Virus record (IMG/VR): IMGVR_UViG_3300009051_000214
Coordinates: 1-26,504 of that record
Direction: 5' to 3' (one strand)
DNA: 26,504 bases
From: a virus
Taxonomy: Duplodnaviria; Caudoviricetes
Part shown: positions 23,436 to 26,504 of the stretch, one piece after another
Layout: each line of letters opens with the position of its first letter
Position numbering within the stretch: the first letter of the stretch is position 1
Translations under genes and position numbers: made by a program
Notes under the pieces: model-generated
Told to the model about the DNA's origin: nothing
What the model saw: the letters and a program-made list of their open reading frames with translations, nothing else
Database searches by the model: none

Positions 23436-24593
23436 ATGAGTCTTAAAAGTCTACAATCAAAAATTGGAATCACTGCTGACGGTGCTTGGGGTCCAGGCAC
23501 CTTCAAAGCAGCCATGGCATATTACAAACTATCACCTGTGCGCGCTGCACATTTCTTTGCGCAGACTGCACACGAATCTGGTGGATTCAAAGCATTCTCT
23601 GAAAACCTAAACTACGGTGCAAAGGGATTGCGAGGAATCTTCGGAAAGTATTTCCCAACTGATGCATTGGCAGCACAATATGAACGCAACCCACAAAAAA
23701 TTGCTAATAGAGTTTATGCATCACGTATGGGTAATGGTCCTGAATCGTCTGGAGATGGTTGGTTGTATCGTGGTCGTGGTGCGCTTCAACTAACTGGTCG
23801 CGACAATTATAAAGCATTTGCTGATTATTGCAAACGTCCAGATGTAATGTCAAATCCAGATATCGTTGCAACTGAACTTGCATTCGAATCTGCAATGTTC
23901 TTCTTCGAAAGAAATAAACTTTGGGCAATCTGTGATCAAGGAGTGACGGATGCTGCGATATTATCCCTTACTAAGAAAATTAATGGTGGTACTCACGGCT
24001 TACAAGATCGCTCGGATAAGACGAAGAAATACATTGGCTGGGCAACGTCAGCAGCACCAGCAGCCGCGCCAGTCGCAAATGTAGTAGCAAAACCTGCTCC
24101 TGCAATTAGTTCTGTGAGTCCAGACATGCAATTGTCTGAACACTTTAAACTGAATGAGTTTACAAAATCAGAAACAGCAATTCGAAAGAGAATTGATAAT
24201 ACACCAGGTCCAGCACATGCTTCAAACCTACAAAAAGTCTGCGAAAAAATTCTTGAACCTGTTCGCAAGCACTATAATAAGCCTGTTAGGATTAATAGTG
24301 GGTATCGTGGCGCTGCCCTTAATGCTGCTGTTGGTGGCTCTAGTAAGTCTCAACACTGTAATGGCGAAGCAGTCGACTTCGAAATCGATGGACTCCCAAA
24401 CCCAGATCTTGCAAAGTGGGTCAGTCAGAATTGTGAATTCGACCAAATTATCCTAGAGTTTTATGATCCAAAAGAAGGTCCAAACTCTGGTTGGGTTCAT
24501 GCTTCTTATTCGGAAGGAAAAAACCGCAAACAAATTTTAACAGCAGTAAGCGTGAACGGAAAGACCGTATACAAACCTGGTTTTGTGGTGTGA
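23436..24593 (+). CDS. endolysin: short PG-binding-like N-terminus + GH19 glycosidase + Ala/Pro linker + M15 Zn-peptidase
   Basis: LQSKIGITADGAWGPGT; GH19 AQTAHESGGF, ENLNY, YRGRGALQLTGRDNY, INGGTHG; M15 LSEHFKLNEF, INSGYR, SQHCNGEAVD, WVHASY. Confidence 0.92.
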   Translation: MSLKSLQSKIGITADGAWGPGTFKAAMAYYKLSPVRAAHFFAQTAHESGGFKAFSENLNYGAKGLRGIFGKYFPTDALAAQYERNPQKIANRVYASRMGNGPESSGDGWLYRGRGALQLTGRDNYKAFADYCKRPDVMSNPDIVATELAFESAMFFFERNKLWAICDQGVTDAAILSLTKKINGGTHGLQDRSDKTKKYIGWATSAAPAAAPVANVVAKPAPAISSVSPDMQLSEHFKLNEFTKSETAIRKRIDNTPGPAHASNLQKVCEKILEPVRKHYNKPVRINSGYRGAALNAAVGGSSKSQHCNGEAVDFEIDGLPNPDLAKWVSQNCEFDQIILEFYDPKEGPNSGWVHASYSEGKNRKQILTAVSVNGKTVYKPGFVV

Positions 24594-24596
24594 TAT

Positions 24597-25364
24597 ATGA
24601 AGAATTTGGAGGAGAAAAAACTCCTTTTAAAGATGATGAGAATGTTTGGGCAAGAGGACAAAGAACTTGCCGAATCGATTCAGCGCGAAGAAGAACTCGC
24701 AAAATTCTTTTTTAAGGAATCTGCTCCAGAACCAGAATTAGTGGTAGAGTCATCTCCAATTAATGAGGTGATTGTACCTACACCTGAGCCAGCCCCAGCA
24801 TTCACACCACCAACGACAAACACTGTTGTTGATGTTGTAAACGTTTTAAAATCTGCAAATGTTGCAAACGCAAATACCAATGTCTACAGAGACAAAGAAA
24901 TGGAGGGTATGCGTAAAACAATTGCTGAGATGATGCAAAAGATCTCAACAATGTCATGGGGTGGTGGTGGCACTGGTATAGTTCGTATTTTTGATGCTGA
25001 TGACTTCGACCGCAATAGTGTCGGCGAAGGCAAATTTATGAAGTATTCTAATGGATGGTTCGTCCTAGACGAAATTAATCCATTTGAAGTTGTTCACAAT
25101 ACGACATATGTTAATTCGAATACATATGTCGTTGTAGATTCAGATTATTATATTGGTGTTAATACCGCAGCATATACGACTATCACTCTACCATCAACAC
25201 CATCTTCTGGCAGAATGCTCATTATTAAAGACGAATCTGGAAATGCTCAACGATATCCAATTAAACTTGATGGGAACGTTGACAACGATTCAGGTGGTGC
25301 AGAAATAAGAATTAATAACGGCGGTGTTCAATTAATCTACCGTAACGGTTGGAGAATTGTATAA
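24597..25364 (+). CDS. putative virion structural protein
   Basis: Helical N-terminus, Pro/Thr-rich stalk, WGGGGTG, beta-rich C-terminal domain YYIGVN..TITLP..GR..IIKDESG seen in T4-like structural proteins. Confidence 0.6.
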   Translation: MKNLEEKKLLLKMMRMFGQEDKELAESIQREEELAKFFFKESAPEPELVVESSPINEVIVPTPEPAPAFTPPTTNTVVDVVNVLKSANVANANTNVYRDKEMEGMRKTIAEMMQKISTMSWGGGGTGIVRIFDADDFDRNSVGEGKFMKYSNGWFVLDEINPFEVVHNTTYVNSNTYVVVDSDYYIGVNTAAYTTITLPSTPSSGRMLIIKDESGNAQRYPIKLDGNVDNDSGGAEIRINNGGVQLIYRNGWRIV

Positions 25365-26504
25365 TGACTTACCTATTAGATGACGCAATTAGATATGATG
25401 ACAGCGCAAACCTTGATGCGTTTGGAAGACTTCGAATTTCCGATGCATTTACTCTTGGCGATTATAAGCATCTTTATGGTTTAGATCCAAACTTCCGCGA
25501 CACAACTACTCCTGGTGGAAATGTAACATTCCAATCATTGCAATCTTGCGCAAGATTATCAACAAACAATAGTCCAACAGCAAGCGTGATTCATCAGACA
25601 AAGATGTATCATCAATATCAACCTGGAAAAAGCCAGGTTATGAAATCAACATTTAATTTTTACGCTAATGACGTTAATGTTGTAAAGCGCACTGGATATT
25701 TTGATTCGAATAACGGCATCTATCTAGAACAATCTGCAAATGGCGCATTAAGTTTCACGATTAGAACAGATACTAGCGGAACACCTACCGATGCTCGCCG
25801 AGTTTACCAGAGCGAATGGAACAAAGATACCTGCAATACGAGTATCTCTGGACCAAGTGGAACTGGCTCATTTGACCTAGACATCACCAAAACTCAAATT
25901 TTCTTTACAGATTTCCAATGGCTTGGCGTTGGTCGTGTACGTTGCGGATTTGTACACGACGGTAAAGTTGTTGTTGCACATGAATTTCTTAATAGCAACA
26001 ATTTAGCAACTGTTTATATGAGTAATCCAAATCTACCTGTTCGTTGTGAGATCTTTAATACAGGTGCAACAACTGGTGGATTTATGGACCAGATCTGTTC
26101 TACTGTATTGTCTGAAGGTGGATATGTTGAAGCAGGTCAAGACTGGCACACTTCAACTGGTTATGCACAAATTACTGTGACAGGTGCAGGAAATACTGTT
26201 CCGATTATGGCGATTAGATTGAAGAATACATTTAATGGTTATAAAAATCGCGCTATAGTAAGAATGGGCGATATTAATCTTTATGCTGAACAAAATCCTG
26301 GACTTTGGGAATTAAGAAAATTAGATAGTGTTGCTGATCTTACTTTTGCAAATAATACTTGGACTTCAGTTCATCCTAATTCTGTTGTTGAATTTAATAC
26401 AACTGGACTTACCATTAATAATGGTGAAGCTGTTTCTGGTGGATTTGTGGGTACAACTGCTCCAGGAGGAAGTGCTAAGGGATTTGGTTTATCCAGCACG
26501 ACTA
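25364..26504 (+). CDS. putative virion structural protein (3' truncated, not in ORF track)
   Basis: ATG overlaps the previous TAA; reads MTYLLDDAIRYDDSANLDAFGRLRISD...YQPGKSQ...FQWLGVGRVRCGF...PNLPVRCEI...ICSTVLSEGG; no stop seen before the window end. Confidence 0.8.
   Translation, partial: MTYLLDDAIRYDDSANLDAFGRLRISDAFTLGDYKHLYGLDPNFRDTTTPGGNVTFQSLQSCARLSTNNSPTASVIHQTKMYHQYQPGKSQVMKSTFNFYANDVNVVKRTGYFDSNNGIYLEQSANGALSFTIRTDTSGTPTDARRVYQSEWNKDTCNTSISGPSGTGSFDLDITKTQIFFTDFQWLGVGRVRCGFVHDGKVVVAHEFLNSNNLATVYMSNPNLPVRCEIFNTGATTGGFMDQICSTVLSEGGYVEAGQDWHTSTGYAQITVTGAGNTVPIMAIRLKNTFNGYKNRAIVRMGDINLYAEQNPGLWELRKLDSVADLTFANNTWTSVHPNSVVEFNTTGLTINNGEAVSGGFVGTTAPGGSAKGFGLSSTT

Noticed and set aside
381-24880. 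All minus-strand ORFs and the short alternative-frame plus-strand ORFs in the track
   Set aside because: They lie wholly over well-supported, tightly coupled plus-strand genes and show no recognisable motifs; treated as shadow ORFs
1-26504. CRISPR array, tRNA/rRNA genes, IS elements, stop-codon reassignment
   Set aside because: No repeat-spacer pattern, almost no intergenic space, no transposase; TAA, TGA and TAG all end genes normally

Overview
This window is a gene-dense, AT-rich, all-plus-strand segment of a large T4-like myovirus genome using the standard genetic code. The probable host is Gram-negative, inferred from a lipoprotein beside the endolysin. From left to right: (1) small hypothetical genes, including two ORFs missing from the track (a Cys-rich DUF1289-like protein and a 29-aa very basic peptide); (2) a five-gene glycan-modification cassette (2OG-Fe(II) oxygenase, GT2, HAD-phosphatase/phosphoribosyltransferase fusion, FkbM methyltransferase, GT-A protein); (3) the T4 replication core (Sm-like gene, gp43, uvsX, gp40-position gene, gp41); (4) an HEXXH protein and a PD-(D/E)XK nuclease-like gene; (5) a three-gene dTDP-L-rhamnose pathway with no rmlC; (6) a ~7 kb late block of proteins with T4 capsid-targeting-like N-termini and modular polyproteins separated by hydrophobic-X-Glu linkers; (7) a lysis block (lipoprotein, 2-TM protein, GH19+M15 endolysin); (8) two virion-type proteins, the last truncated. 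The two best candidates for an undescribed system are a protease-processed, head-packaged polyprotein cassette (15572-22825) and a phage glycosylation pathway containing an apparent PRPP-dependent ribofuranosyltransferase plus a rhamnose supply. All family calls come from motifs read by eye; no searches or folding programs were run.
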